DNA of 64,000 nt from sequence record PZ445488.1, one strand, 5' to 3'. The position numbers were made by a program, and so were the translations under genes. Numbering within the stretch: the first letter of the stretch is position 1; the number at the start of each line of letters is the position of its first letter. The notes beneath the pieces are model-generated. The model was not told the DNA's origin and searched no databases. It saw only the letters and a list, made by a program, of their open reading frames with translations. The DNA comes from a phage. Of this stretch, positions 17,927 to 27,279 are shown one piece after another.

Positions 17927-18175
17927 TCAGAGGTTGATTGATACGACACGTTTGATAAAATTCACTTCACTTACTGAAAGGTCTTTGAGACCGATTGATT
18001 CTAAACGCTGAGTAAGCGTCAACATCGGGATATAATCCCATTGTGTTTTAGTCGTTTGATAAGTACGGACGCCATTAGCAATTTCAACATGTAAATCGGA
18101 AATGGTAATGAATACCAGTCGCTCGTCATTAACTTTAAGGGTTAGAACAACTTTCTTTGAATCTAAACTAATCAT
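17927..18175 (-). CDS. hypothetical protein (82 aa)
   Basis: ORF track. Confidence 0.45.
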   Translation of the reverse strand: MISLDSKKVVLTLKVNDERLVFITISDLHVEIANGVRTYQTTKTQWDYIPMLTLTQRLESIGLKDLSVSEVNFIKRVVSINL

Positions 18176-18354
18176 GGCTTAATTTCCTTCGCAATTGAAC
18201 AGAAGATACCACGGTCACAAAGCATTTCACCAATTTCTGGATATTTGATTGAACGGTACCAAACATCCAGGCTTGAAACTCTGGTTATCTGTACTGCATT
18301 ACCGTTGACAGAATAATACTGGTCAACCTTAATTTCTTTATCTTCAATTGTCAT
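18172..18354 (-). CDS. hypothetical protein (60 aa)
   Basis: ORF track frame; ATG 18354 with AGAGGAAAATAAA RBS. Confidence 0.4.
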   Translation of the reverse strand: MTIEDKEIKVDQYYSVNGNAVQITRVSSLDVWYRSIKYPEIGEMLCDRGIFCSIAKEIKP

Positions 18355-18382
18355 TTTATTTTCCTCTATAGTAGATGGTTTA

Positions 18383-18411
18383 ATCTTAACACATCTATTG
18401 AGGATGTAAAC
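18383..18411 (-). promoter_or_regulatory. early promoter candidate (GTTTAC, 17 bp, TAAGAT)
   Basis: Minus strand reads GTTTACatcctcaatagatgtgtTAAGAT, upstream of the 18354 start. Confidence 0.35.
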
Positions 18412-18503
18412 TGTTTTATGAAAATATTTTTGATTTGAGAGGGGCACAAGGAGATAGTGAAGTGAGGATTCCAATAGATTATATTAGAAATGGGATAAAG
18501 AAG

Positions 18504-18520
18504 ACCAGGCGGCACCTGGT
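18504..18520 (-). terminator. weak terminator-like hairpin (ACCAGG-UGCCG-CCUGGU) followed by a U-rich tract
   Basis: Immediately 3' of the nrdH stop; the U-run is interrupted (CUUCUUUAU). Confidence 0.3.
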
Positions 18521-18843
18521 CAATCTTCTATGATATCAGAGTCGTATCCTAATGAAATCAAGGACTTTTTAAACTCTGCAATATTCTTTTGTTTCTTATC
18601 ATTTAAAAATATGACAGGATAACGAATATTAAGTGAAGTGAATCCTGCACGTTTAGCAAGAGATACGATTAAAGGACGATCATATTCAATCTTACCATTA
18701 TTAGTGAGGACTTTATAAAATGTATAAGGAGCATTGAGCTCCTTTAAAAGTTTTGTAACAGTATAACATCCTGGACAACGACCTACTTCTTCAGGGATGC
18801 CATAAATTTCAATCTTGTTCTTTAAGTTCGAGTTTTGTTCCAC
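18520..18843 (-). CDS. nrdH: glutaredoxin-like protein NrdH
   Basis: CPGCY redox motif and glutaredoxin-like length; start proposed at GTG 18843 with AAGGAA RBS, because the track start would overlap the upstream gene by 160 nt. Confidence 0.55.
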   Translation of the reverse strand: MEQNSNLKNKIEIYGIPEEVGRCPGCYTVTKLLKELNAPYTFYKVLTNNGKIEYDRPLIVSLAKRAGFTSLNIRYPVIFLNDKKQKNIAEFKKSLISLGYDSDIIED

Positions 18844-19126
18844 GAGAAATAATTCCTTGATAAGCCCAATAAGGAGGATTAACAGAATCATCACCAGAGT
18901 TTTCTTCAGGAAAATAAACCTGGATAACAAATCCAGATGCATCAAATGTAAAATAAACTGTAGGCAGTTCACCTAACAATTCGACACGAGCATTAATTTC
19001 TTCGAGATCTCGTTCGCGTTCAGCCCAAAAACTAGGATTTAGATTACATTCGTAAAAATAATAGTCATTACCGAACATATCAAACCCATTCCAACTCTCT
19101 ACCACGTACCGCTCAAAACTAATCAT
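18809..19126 (-). CDS. hypothetical protein (105 aa)
   Basis: ORF track. Confidence 0.5.
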   Translation of the reverse strand: MISFERYVVESWNGFDMFGNDYYFYECNLNPSFWAERERDLEEINARVELLGELPTVYFTFDASGFVIQVYFPEENSGDDSVNPPYWAYQGIISRGTKLELKEQD

Positions 19127-19128
19127 AA

Positions 19129-19344
19129 TTAAGCCTTTTTATCAAGAACAGAATTCAGTCTGTTAGTAATTTTATCCAGACGCTCATTGAACTCATTAGA
19201 AGATAAGCCCTTTTCTGGAGAAATTAAACTAATCACGAAAAATACACCAGTAAAAGGAATAAGAAAAATAGCTCCAACTGCCATAAACAAAAAGAACGTT
19301 ACAGTTGTAAGAAAATCAGCTAAACCTTTACGAAATTTATACAT
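19129..19344 (-). CDS. small membrane protein (71 aa)
   Basis: ORF track; hydrophobic core FFLFMAVGAIFLIPFTGVFFVISLI. Confidence 0.45.
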   Translation of the reverse strand: MYKFRKGLADFLTTVTFFLFMAVGAIFLIPFTGVFFVISLISPEKGLSSNEFNERLDKITNRLNSVLDKKA

Positions 19345-19458
19345 ATTTACCCTTAATTAATTAACCAAGCATTGATAAGCACTAAACCATATTGCGAATA
19401 AAATTCTGGACCAAAATGAAAAATCATATCATTTATAGTATCCATAATGTAATTCAAT

Positions 19459-19929
19459 TTAATCATGTTTCCACACCCCATCGGTATTTGACCAAAGTCG
19501 CTGATTATCTGATCCTCGCCACAGCTTTTTGGTCGGAAGATTTTTCTCATACTTCCCATCAATAATAACATCAACATATTTAAGCATTTCTAGCTGTTTA
19601 ATATCTTCAAACTTATATCCTGTCCACAACCAAATGCTTTTATTGGGATAAAGATTTTTTACTGTTTGAACAATGTAATGAATAACATCTCGGTTATCAG
19701 GATAGAGAGGGTCTCCTCCGGTTATAGTTAATCCTTCTATATAATCATTATTCAAACATTCAATTAATTGTTCTAGTGTTTCACCAGTGAATGGAATACC
19801 ATTTCTAGCGTTCCATGTTGATTTATTATAACACCCTTCGCATTTATGCAAACAACCTGTAACGAAAAGAACGACCCTACAACCAGGGCCATTCACAAAA
19901 TCGCAAGGATAAAATCTATCATAATTCAT
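19459..19929 (-). CDS. nrdG: anaerobic ribonucleotide reductase activating protein NrdG (radical SAM)
   Basis: 156 aa; Cys-rich N-terminus (CDFVNGPGCR, CLHKCEGC); same length as T4 NrdG. Confidence 0.9.
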   Translation of the reverse strand: MNYDRFYPCDFVNGPGCRVVLFVTGCLHKCEGCYNKSTWNARNGIPFTGETLEQLIECLNNDYIEGLTITGGDPLYPDNRDVIHYIVQTVKNLYPNKSIWLWTGYKFEDIKQLEMLKYVDVIIDGKYEKNLPTKKLWRGSDNQRLWSNTDGVWKHD

Positions 19930-21743
19930 TGGTGTTTAACCCTATGCATGATTTCTTTATTTTTACCGAGATTAAATCCGCGTTCGTTCGGATTTCCAAG
20001 ATAACCGCATGTTCTTCTTATGGTGTTCATCTTTTTAGGATCAGTTTCTCCACAAACTGAACAAACAAATCCGTTTTCAGTAGGAGTCATTTCATGGGTA
20101 CTTCCACACGTAAAACATTTATCTACTGGCATATTAACACCAAAATAATCTAAATGTTGTGCAGCATAATCCCACACAGCCTCAAGACCTTTTAGGTTAT
20201 TTTTCATATCAGGAAGTTCAACATAAGAAATGTGACCACCTGTCGCAATGAAATGATATGGCGCTTCACGAGAAATCTTTTCAAACGGAGTAATATTTTC
20301 TTCTACTGAAACATGGAAACTATTAGTGTACCAGCCTTTATCAGTGACATCCTTTACACTTCCATATTTTTCTGTATCAAGTTTACAGAAACGATAACAC
20401 AAGTTTTCAGCAGGAGTAGAATATAAACTAAAAGCAAATCCAGTTCTTTCAGTCCACTGTTTAAGATGAGCATTCATTTTAGTTAAAATTTCTTGTCCAA
20501 TATCACGACCAACAAGAATATTCAATTCATGAATACCAATATATCCTAAAGACACTGAACTTCTACCGTTTTTAAATAACTCAATTATATCATCGTCGGG
20601 TTTAAGACGAACACCAAATGCACCTTCTTGGTAAAGAATAGGAGCAACAGTAGCTTTAACTCCTTTTAAGGAACTAATTCTACACATCAAGGCTTCAAAG
20701 CACAGATCCATTCGTTCATTAAATAACTCAACAAATTTCTGTTCATTGAACTGTGTTCCAATATAAGAATCTAACGCGATGCGAGGAAGATTCAGTGTTA
20801 CAACACCGAGATTATTACGTCCATCAAGAATTTCATTACCAGTCGAATCTTTCCATACACTCAAGAAACTACGGCAGCCCATTGGAGAAACAGGAATAGA
20901 TGAGCCGGTGATAGCTTTATTATTCTTAACAGAAATAATGTCAGGATACATTCTTTTGCTTGCACACTCTAGAGCGAGTTGCTTAATATCATAGTTCGGA
21001 TCGTCTTTATAAAGATTAACACCCTCTTCGACAAACATAACAAGTTTAGGGAAAATAGGAGTTATTCCATCACGACCAAGACCTTTAATCCGATTTTTCA
21101 GAATTGCTTTCTGAATCATTCGTTCGGTCCAATCAGTTCCAGTACCAAATGTAATTGTTACAAAAGGCGTTTGCCCGTTTGAACTAAAAAGAGTATTTAC
21201 CTCATACTCATAAGCTTGAAATGCGTCATATACATCTTTTTCTGTTTTAGATTGAGCATAATTCAGAATGTCTGGTATTTGCCATTTTTCTGCATCTTCA
21301 ACATGTTTAGCGTATGTACGTTTAACATAAGGAGAAAGAACTTTATCGACATTCGCAAATGTAGTTCCGCCGTACTGATGTGAAGCAACTTGTGCAGTAA
21401 TTTGTGCCATAATTGCAGTAGCAACACCAATCGATTTAGGCGTTTCAATTTGAGCATTGCCCAATTTAAATCCGTTCTCAAGCATCCCCTTTAAATCGAC
21501 TAAACAGCAATTGGTAAACGGAAGAGCAGGAGAATAATCAATATCATGCATGTGGATAATTCCACTTTCATGCGCATTCATAATAAAAGACGGGACCATA
21601 TTTTTGGCAATGTGCTTAGACACAATACCAGCCATAAGGTCCCGTTGAGTTGGAAAAACACGAGAATCTTTATTAGCATTCTCGTTCAAAAGATCTTTAT
21701 TAGTTTTATAAATTAATCCTTCAATTTCTTTTTCAATTTTCAT
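19926..21743 (-). CDS. nrdD: anaerobic ribonucleoside-triphosphate reductase NrdD
   Basis: 605 aa; C-terminal Cys cluster (CFTCGSTHE...CSVCG) and glycyl-radical motif RTCGYLG. Confidence 0.95.
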   Translation of the reverse strand: MKIEKEIEGLIYKTNKDLLNENANKDSRVFPTQRDLMAGIVSKHIAKNMVPSFIMNAHESGIIHMHDIDYSPALPFTNCCLVDLKGMLENGFKLGNAQIETPKSIGVATAIMAQITAQVASHQYGGTTFANVDKVLSPYVKRTYAKHVEDAEKWQIPDILNYAQSKTEKDVYDAFQAYEYEVNTLFSSNGQTPFVTITFGTGTDWTERMIQKAILKNRIKGLGRDGITPIFPKLVMFVEEGVNLYKDDPNYDIKQLALECASKRMYPDIISVKNNKAITGSSIPVSPMGCRSFLSVWKDSTGNEILDGRNNLGVVTLNLPRIALDSYIGTQFNEQKFVELFNERMDLCFEALMCRISSLKGVKATVAPILYQEGAFGVRLKPDDDIIELFKNGRSSVSLGYIGIHELNILVGRDIGQEILTKMNAHLKQWTERTGFAFSLYSTPAENLCYRFCKLDTEKYGSVKDVTDKGWYTNSFHVSVEENITPFEKISREAPYHFIATGGHISYVELPDMKNNLKGLEAVWDYAAQHLDYFGVNMPVDKCFTCGSTHEMTPTENGFVCSVCGETDPKKMNTIRRTCGYLGNPNERGFNLGKNKEIMHRVKHQ

Positions 21744-22213
21744 TTTAAACTCTTTCTAAGCTGCTTTTTGAATGAAGCTATTAATTGTGTTTTAGTATCA
21801 GATTCATTATATTCAAATCCTCTTTGAAGCATCTCAGTCATCATTTCCTCTTTACCTAGTCTTGAGAACTCTTTAGTTTTGTCTGGAACAAAATTAGGAT
21901 GGATATTATTATCAGAATAATCTTGTTTCAAATAAGCAAGAAGAGCTTCAAGCCATTCGAGGTAGTCGACATCACGACCTTTAAGACCAGAACGGTTGAA
22001 CTTATGCTTCATTTGGCCTTCTGCTGCGTTGCACAGATTACAGAGTAATCCACGAACTCTACCGGCTTTTGGCCCGTTTAACTCGTGGTCGTGGTCAAGA
22101 TGGTTACCTTGAACATCAGGGTCTAATTCACGGTGGCAAATAGGACACTTACCGTTCTGTGCATCATAAAATTTTTGTTTTTCTTCTTTATATTTTGCGC
22201 CTGATAATAACAT
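21740..22213 (-). CDS. 49: endonuclease VII (Holliday-junction resolvase) gp49
   Basis: 157 aa; zinc and active-site motifs CPICHRELD...HLDHDHELNGPKAGRVRGLLCNLCN; ATG at 22213. Confidence 0.9.
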   Translation of the reverse strand: MLLSGAKYKEEKQKFYDAQNGKCPICHRELDPDVQGNHLDHDHELNGPKAGRVRGLLCNLCNAAEGQMKHKFNRSGLKGRDVDYLEWLEALLAYLKQDYSDNNIHPNFVPDKTKEFSRLGKEEMMTEMLQRGFEYNESDTKTQLIASFKKQLRKSLK

Positions 22214-22218
22214 GATAA

Positions 22219-22250
22219 ACCCTTACCTTAAATAGATAAGGGTATTTATA
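22219..22250 (-). promoter_or_regulatory. gene 49 late promoter (TATAAATA) abutting a hairpin (ACCCUUA...UAAGGGU) that sequesters the gene 49 Shine-Dalgarno
   Basis: Minus strand reads TATAAATAcccttatctatttaaggtaagggtttatcATG; the 3' arm contains AAGGG 5 nt before the AUG. Confidence 0.55.
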
Positions 22251-22252
22251 AT

Positions 22253-22423
22253 TTAGTAAATGTTATAAAAGTTACGATGAGAACGTTTAGCTTTGCGAAG
22301 CTGACGTTTAGTAGGACGAACTGTAAATGGTTGTCCAGAGAAAAAATTCGGATCGGTTTTAATAAGCAAATACCAATCACGCTTGCCATTTTTTAATAAA
22401 CGGTACAATAATTTAACTTGCAT
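22253..22423 (-). CDS. hypothetical basic protein (56 aa)
   Basis: ORF track frame started at ATG 22423; the track start 22450 is TTG. Confidence 0.35.
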   Translation of the reverse strand: MQVKLLYRLLKNGKRDWYLLIKTDPNFFSGQPFTVRPTKRQLRKAKRSHRNFYNIY

Positions 22424-22472
22424 AATAATCTCTTCCCATTTCCATATCAATTAATTCATTTATTGAAGGTTC

Positions 22473-22502
22473 ATCATAACATGGTTCTTCGTCGTTGTAA
22501 AC
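22473..22502 (-). promoter_or_regulatory. early promoter candidate (GTTTAC, 18 bp, TATGAT)
   Basis: Minus strand reads GTTTACaacgacgaagaaccatgtTATGAT, in the 100-bp gap upstream of the 22423 start. Confidence 0.4.
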
Positions 22503-22551
22503 CGTTTCGACGTCTGGCTCGACAGTCTCCCATCGAGCCGAATACCATGGT

Positions 22552-22908
22552 TTAACCCCGGAGTTTATTGAGCTCTTCATAATCAATCCAGGATTCTAGC
22601 CCTGATGGCAGGTCACATTCAATGTTCCACAGAAGCTCTTCAATGGCTTGCAGGCGATTATATTCTTCAACGGTAATGGTAACCATTGGTGCAACCGGTT
22701 CTGCCTTTTTAACCATCATGTCGTTCATCAGGACGTAAAGGTCATCACGAACGACAGTGTCGTTCCAACCCCATGATTTGGCTTCGTAAGCTAATGATGA
22801 AGGGAGCACATTTAAAACTTCAATAATAGTTGGAGCATCAGGACCAAGTTCATTGGCACAAACTTCGTATACATCTTGGAAATCTTTAAGATTTAATGAA
22901 TATGTCAT
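22552..22908 (-). CDS. hypothetical protein (118 aa)
   Basis: ORF track; ATG at 22908. Confidence 0.5.
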   Translation of the reverse strand: MTYSLNLKDFQDVYEVCANELGPDAPTIIEVLNVLPSSLAYEAKSWGWNDTVVRDDLYVLMNDMMVKKAEPVAPMVTITVEEYNRLQAIEELLWNIECDLPSGLESWIDYEELNKLRG

Positions 22909-22926
22909 TTAAAATATTCTCGCAGT

Positions 22927-23223
22927 TTATTGTTCTACCCAGGCACAGGAAACTTCGAAATCAGGACCACCGTATTCCCAGTGATATTCACCAACAGGAA
23001 TCCAGTCACCGTGCTCGTTTTCTTCATAGTCCTCAGCCTCAAGGCCAACGAATCGCCATTGGACACCGATGATTCGATTACCCATTAATATATGAAATTC
23101 ACCCCATGGATTATCGATAGCATATTGGATATCGTTCTTAGCACGAGAACACATTTCTTGATATAACAAAGCTTCTAATTCGCCCTGATCATAAGGGCCC
23201 GGGAAAGTTAAATCAATACTCAT
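22927..23223 (-). CDS. hypothetical protein (98 aa)
   Basis: ORF track. Confidence 0.5.
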   Translation of the reverse strand: MSIDLTFPGPYDQGELEALLYQEMCSRAKNDIQYAIDNPWGEFHILMGNRIIGVQWRFVGLEAEDYEENEHGDWIPVGEYHWEYGGPDFEVSCAWVEQ

Positions 23224-23483
23224 TTAAAATATTCTCGTAGTTGGTCAAATCCACCAATATGACTTCCATCAGGAGCAAATACTTGAGGCATAGTCAATCC
23301 AACTTGTGATTCACGTCCAAGCTTAACCAGAAGCTCAGCAATTTTCTCATCATCAAAAACACCTTTTTCTGGCATAACATTAATGAATTCGAATGGCTGT
23401 TTCTTAACAGTCAGCAATCGTTTCGCATTATCACAATAAATGCATTTATGAATAGTAGAGTCATACCCGTACACTTTAAACAT
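23220..23483 (-). CDS. nrdC: thioredoxin/glutaredoxin NrdC
   Basis: MFKVYGYDSTIHKCIYCDNAKRLL...GGFDQLREYFK matches T4 NrdC (87 aa) from ATG 23483; the track start 23498 adds MKGKI. Confidence 0.85.
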   Translation of the reverse strand: MFKVYGYDSTIHKCIYCDNAKRLLTVKKQPFEFINVMPEKGVFDDEKIAELLVKLGRESQVGLTMPQVFAPDGSHIGGFDQLREYFK

Positions 23484-23889
23484 TATTTTTCCTTTCATCG
23501 ATTAAATATGCAATGCCAAATACAATACATGTAATAAAACCTGTGATACAGATAGAAACCAACAACACTGTACCAAAGAACCAAATCAAGTTATTTTTAG
23601 TAGTTTGTTTGATATCCATCTCACGAATTTCTATAGCTATCGTATCACCTTTATTCAGAAGCGTATAAAACGACGGTGATACACGCCTGTCAAAAACTCG
23701 TCCTTGCTCATCTTTATAGACTGCAATAAATTCTAATTTAGAATATTTTCCTGTAGATTGGCCTGAGATTAATTCCACTACCTCCACAGGAATTACTTTA
23801 GTTTCCATGTAAGTATTCTGACTGTTCCAAATGAATGGAATAATGGCAAAAACTAAAGCTGCGATAAAACAACGAAGGCTATATCTCAT
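23476..23889 (-). CDS. membrane protein (137 aa)
   Basis: ORF track; N- and C-terminal hydrophobic segments. Confidence 0.5.
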   Translation of the reverse strand: MRYSLRCFIAALVFAIIPFIWNSQNTYMETKVIPVEVVELISGQSTGKYSKLEFIAVYKDEQGRVFDRRVSPSFYTLLNKGDTIAIEIREMDIKQTTKNNLIWFFGTVLLVSICITGFITCIVFGIAYLIDERKNNV

Positions 23890-24194
23890 TATAATATTCT
23901 CTCAAATTTGTGGAAGCATTTACGGCATTTCAATTTCAAGTTATCAGTGGTCCAGTTAACCAGTTGGACTTGGATAGTTCCACATTCCGGGCATGGATGT
24001 TTTGCTGCTGATTTGGCAGCATTTTCACGTCGTTCAACCATTTTCATTATTTCGTTCCATGCCGGAGGAACGAACTCTTCTTCACCGTGGATTTTATCTC
24101 GCTGAACAAATTCAATCTTTGAACTATCGTCAATAAACTTAACCAAGCAGTGGTTAGTGTTCATATCAATATCCTCTAAAAGACGTAGTTTCAT
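23889..24194 (-). CDS. zinc-ribbon protein (101 aa)
   Basis: ORF track; CPECG...CRKCF pair near the C-terminus. Confidence 0.5.
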   Translation of the reverse strand: MKLRLLEDIDMNTNHCLVKFIDDSSKIEFVQRDKIHGEEEFVPPAWNEIMKMVERRENAAKSAAKHPCPECGTIQVQLVNWTTDNLKLKCRKCFHKFERIL

Positions 24195-25144
24195 TATAAC
24201 ACCTCAATGGCATTTCGTAAACCATCCGCTTTTGCATTCAGAGCTTTTAATGATTTAGTTTGTTCTGCAATCTGGGCTTCGACTTCTTTCAGACGTGATT
24301 TGAGGTATTCACGTTCTTCGCTCAGGTTATCAACCTTTTCTGCTTTAGGTTCTTTAATAGGCTTAGACTTAAACACATTAGGATTCTTCAGCTTAATTCG
24401 GGTGCGAGAACTATATAACATTGAACCGTTATCTTCGGATTCGTCGAACGTTTCAACAACATCCATAGTCTCTAACAATGTAATAAGTTTATAAGACAAT
24501 GAACGAACGGTTTTGTTATGCTTATTAATTTCTTCAGCTTTCATGGTACCGAGATTACGTGAGTAGTAATAAGGAACCTGGATATCAATTGATAATGATG
24601 CGTTACCATTACCGGTTGGTTTGAATACTGCAGTAACCCAATCTTTAACATGAACTTTATTTGTACGGCCATCACCGCCAGTGAATAATTTACGAGAATG
24701 TTTAAAAAGCATATTCACTTGGTTATTGAATTCACAAGCAAATTTATCAGCAAATTTAGTTTCAGGAATGGTAGATAACCAATCAGCCAAATGAGTCTTT
24801 TTAACATCATTAACAATAGTGAATTCAACCAAATCGGTTTTAGATGTCACAGATTTAATAAAGCTCGGCTTCATAAAGTTTTTAATGTTATCGCGAGCTA
24901 CAGTAGAAGATAATAAACGAGAACGTTTGAACCATTGAAGCAGTGTCCCTAATGAATGAGAATACGCATTCTGAGTATCTTTACAGATATGATTTTCTTG
25001 ACCTGTGTATGTACCAAAATCGCGAAGAATACCACTTACTACATCTCGGTGTGGAACATCAAATCCTAGTGCACCAACAGCGCGCTTGGCATGAACGTTA
25101 GCGATAAGACCGGCAAAGTATTCAATGTAATGTGAACGTGTCAT
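24194..25144 (-). CDS. hypothetical protein (316 aa) with C-terminal coiled coil
   Basis: ORF track; ATG at 25144; first of three similarly sized genes, each preceded by a palindromic promoter. Confidence 0.55.
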   Translation of the reverse strand: MTRSHYIEYFAGLIANVHAKRAVGALGFDVPHRDVVSGILRDFGTYTGQENHICKDTQNAYSHSLGTLLQWFKRSRLLSSTVARDNIKNFMKPSFIKSVTSKTDLVEFTIVNDVKKTHLADWLSTIPETKFADKFACEFNNQVNMLFKHSRKLFTGGDGRTNKVHVKDWVTAVFKPTGNGNASLSIDIQVPYYYSRNLGTMKAEEINKHNKTVRSLSYKLITLLETMDVVETFDESEDNGSMLYSSRTRIKLKNPNVFKSKPIKEPKAEKVDNLSEEREYLKSRLKEVEAQIAEQTKSLKALNAKADGLRNAIEVL

Positions 25145-25173
25145 AATATTTTCCTCTCGTTAAGATAGATTCA

Positions 25174-25202
25174 TTATACTCCAACCATCCTTGGTTGTAA
25201 AC
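25174..25202 (-). promoter_or_regulatory. early promoter (GTTTAC, 17 bp, TATAAT) with palindromic spacer CAACCAAGGATGGTTG
   Basis: Minus strand reads GTTTACaaccaaggatggttggagTATAAT; 26 bp shared with the copy at 26193..26221. Confidence 0.5.
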
Positions 25203-25206
25203 CGTT

Positions 25207-26166
25207 TTATGATTTTAATGCATTCATTGCATTAAAAAGTTTAGAATACTGCAACTGGAGATTCGTTACAACACTTTGAGCATCACGAAGCTTAGCTTGT
25301 GCTTTGTCAAGTTCAACGGACAGTTGGTCCATAGTGGCCTTGATTTGATTGTAATGGTAATCTTCGACCGGAAGAAGGTCATTAGAAACATTTAGTTTTA
25401 CTGCAGACAGTTTGCACACATTTGGCAAACCTTTAAACATTGATTTACCCGAAGTAGAATATGAACCTAGAACTTCAGCATTACCAATTGGGGTTGCAGT
25501 AATTGACGCTTCAAATGTTGCATTTTCCTTTTTAAGATTTTGATAGTATTCAGAGTCTTTGTGCCACCATGGCGCAGGAACCTTTTTACCAATAGATACA
25601 CGAGCCTGGATAGCGATATGGCCCTTATTCTTGATAGGGTCGATAATATTAAGCTCACGAGAATAAATTGCTTTAATCTGGTGGATATTATCACCTAAAA
25701 CTTCCAACGCTTGGTGGAATACACGAGCAACGTTATCATTCTTAGGTTTATACGTAAGAGTGAACTCGTTCTCACTGATAACCATGATTTCCAACTTATC
25801 GTAAGTATATTTCAAATGTTTCATGTTAATTGCTTGAGGACGAATACGAGAAGCAATGGCCATCAGATTGTTAAGGTTATTCCGGAACTGCTTAGCGAAA
25901 TATTGTCCTTCACCGCCAATACAAAAATTACGAAGTTTCTGTTTGGCTAATAAACGGCTGAACTCACCATTTTTAATGAACTCTTTAACGGGCGTGTTAG
26001 TAACACATTCAAATTGAGTAAACATACGAGAAGTAATCCCATAATACGAACAGACTTCCTCAATCTCTTCAGGAGTTTTTACAGGCATACGGATAGGATT
26101 AGGTCCTGGAGTATATGCGTTCGAGGTAAATTCTTTGATAAGTTCTCTACGTGTAATAAAAGCCAT
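25207..26166 (-). CDS. hypothetical protein (319 aa) with C-terminal coiled coil
   Basis: ORF track; ATG at 26166. Confidence 0.55.
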   Translation of the reverse strand: MAFITRRELIKEFTSNAYTPGPNPIRMPVKTPEEIEEVCSYYGITSRMFTQFECVTNTPVKEFIKNGEFSRLLAKQKLRNFCIGGEGQYFAKQFRNNLNNLMAIASRIRPQAINMKHLKYTYDKLEIMVISENEFTLTYKPKNDNVARVFHQALEVLGDNIHQIKAIYSRELNIIDPIKNKGHIAIQARVSIGKKVPAPWWHKDSEYYQNLKKENATFEASITATPIGNAEVLGSYSTSGKSMFKGLPNVCKLSAVKLNVSNDLLPVEDYHYNQIKATMDQLSVELDKAQAKLRDAQSVVTNLQLQYSKLFNAMNALKS

Positions 26167-26192
26167 TTTATATTCCTCATGTTGAAAAATTT

Positions 26193-26221
26193 ATTATACT
26201 CCAACCATCCTTGGTTGTACA
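26193..26221 (-). promoter_or_regulatory. early promoter (TGTACA, 17 bp, TATAAT), paralog of 25174..25202
   Basis: Identical 26-bp core attatactccaaccatccttggttgta. Confidence 0.45.
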
Positions 26222-27217
26222 TCATTCCTTAAGAAGTTTTACTACTTGAATAAGATTAGCTCGTTCTGTTTTATTTTTACCATTTAAGCCTGCTAATCGT
26301 GAGATTTCATCGTCAGTCTGTTGAATAGTTACATTAAGTTCGTTAATCAAAGCTTCAAAGTATTTGATTTGCTCAGCATGTTTTGATTCAAATTTCTGAA
26401 CCGGAATAACGTCTTGGTTCAGTTCATCAATAAGGTCTTTAAGAGCATCTTCTTGGTTGATATCATATTCAACTTCTTTTATTTCTTCAACGAGCTCGTC
26501 TTTATATCTAACGTCTTTTAGTCCTGGAGCTGGTCCTGAAATCTCTTCTTTAAGAGTACAAACATACCCAATACGGTATCCAATGCCGTCTCGCTTGATA
26601 TCAACTTCGTCGATAAATCCACAATGTTTAAGACCAGAGCCGATTATGTCAAAATATCCTTGACGTCGTCCTTCAAACGTTACACGAACTACTAAGACAG
26701 TTTTACCACCAACCTTTTGAAGCTCACATTTATAAAAGTCTGTTGAACCTGAATAACGTGGATGAGTTTTAAAGTTCATCTGACGATCTAGGCCCATTTG
26801 TAAACGTGCTGTTACGGCCATAAAACGTGTTTGGTTCTCGTTAAGATGAGCAACAATCCATTTCAAAGGCATTTTACACTGTTCACGACCGAACAAATCA
26901 GTACGTCCTAGATTACGCAGGATATTGTTAGAGTTAATCATCGACAGAACGTTAAGTTTATTCAGCGCGCTGAAGATTCCATCAGCCATTGATTTTCCAT
27001 AACCTTTACACGCTTTAATAAGTGCTCGCGGCAGATTAGTATAGATTTCAGACGGCATATGAAAATCAAATTTACTAGTCAGTAATTGATGAACTTGGAT
27101 AGCAATTTGCTCATAATTAAGTGCTCTGCGATCGTTATGGTCTTTAAACCACACTTTAATCTGTGAAGCACATAAACCGTTAATTTCATGTTTTACCGCA
27201 TCAGATGTAATACTCAT
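26222..27217 (-). CDS. hypothetical protein (331 aa) with C-terminal coiled coil
   Basis: ORF track; ATG at 27217; preceded at 27253..27276 by a degenerate copy of the CCAAGGA(T/C)GG promoter element with a shortened spacer. Confidence 0.55.
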   Translation of the reverse strand: MSITSDAVKHEINGLCASQIKVWFKDHNDRRALNYEQIAIQVHQLLTSKFDFHMPSEIYTNLPRALIKACKGYGKSMADGIFSALNKLNVLSMINSNNILRNLGRTDLFGREQCKMPLKWIVAHLNENQTRFMAVTARLQMGLDRQMNFKTHPRYSGSTDFYKCELQKVGGKTVLVVRVTFEGRRQGYFDIIGSGLKHCGFIDEVDIKRDGIGYRIGYVCTLKEEISGPAPGLKDVRYKDELVEEIKEVEYDINQEDALKDLIDELNQDVIPVQKFESKHAEQIKYFEALINELNVTIQQTDDEISRLAGLNGKNKTERANLIQVVKLLKE

Positions 27218-27279
27218 AACTATTTCCTCAGATTGAATTGGAACTCAAAACCATTATAACCCGTCCTTGGGTAAAGCGT

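Noticed and set aside
22413-22580. A 55-aa minus-strand ORF (MKSSINSG...) in the gap upstream of the 22423 start
   Set aside because: It overlaps the 3' end of the upstream gene by about 29 nt and spans a better-supported GTTTAC-18-TATGAT promoter; the gap is more likely regulatory.
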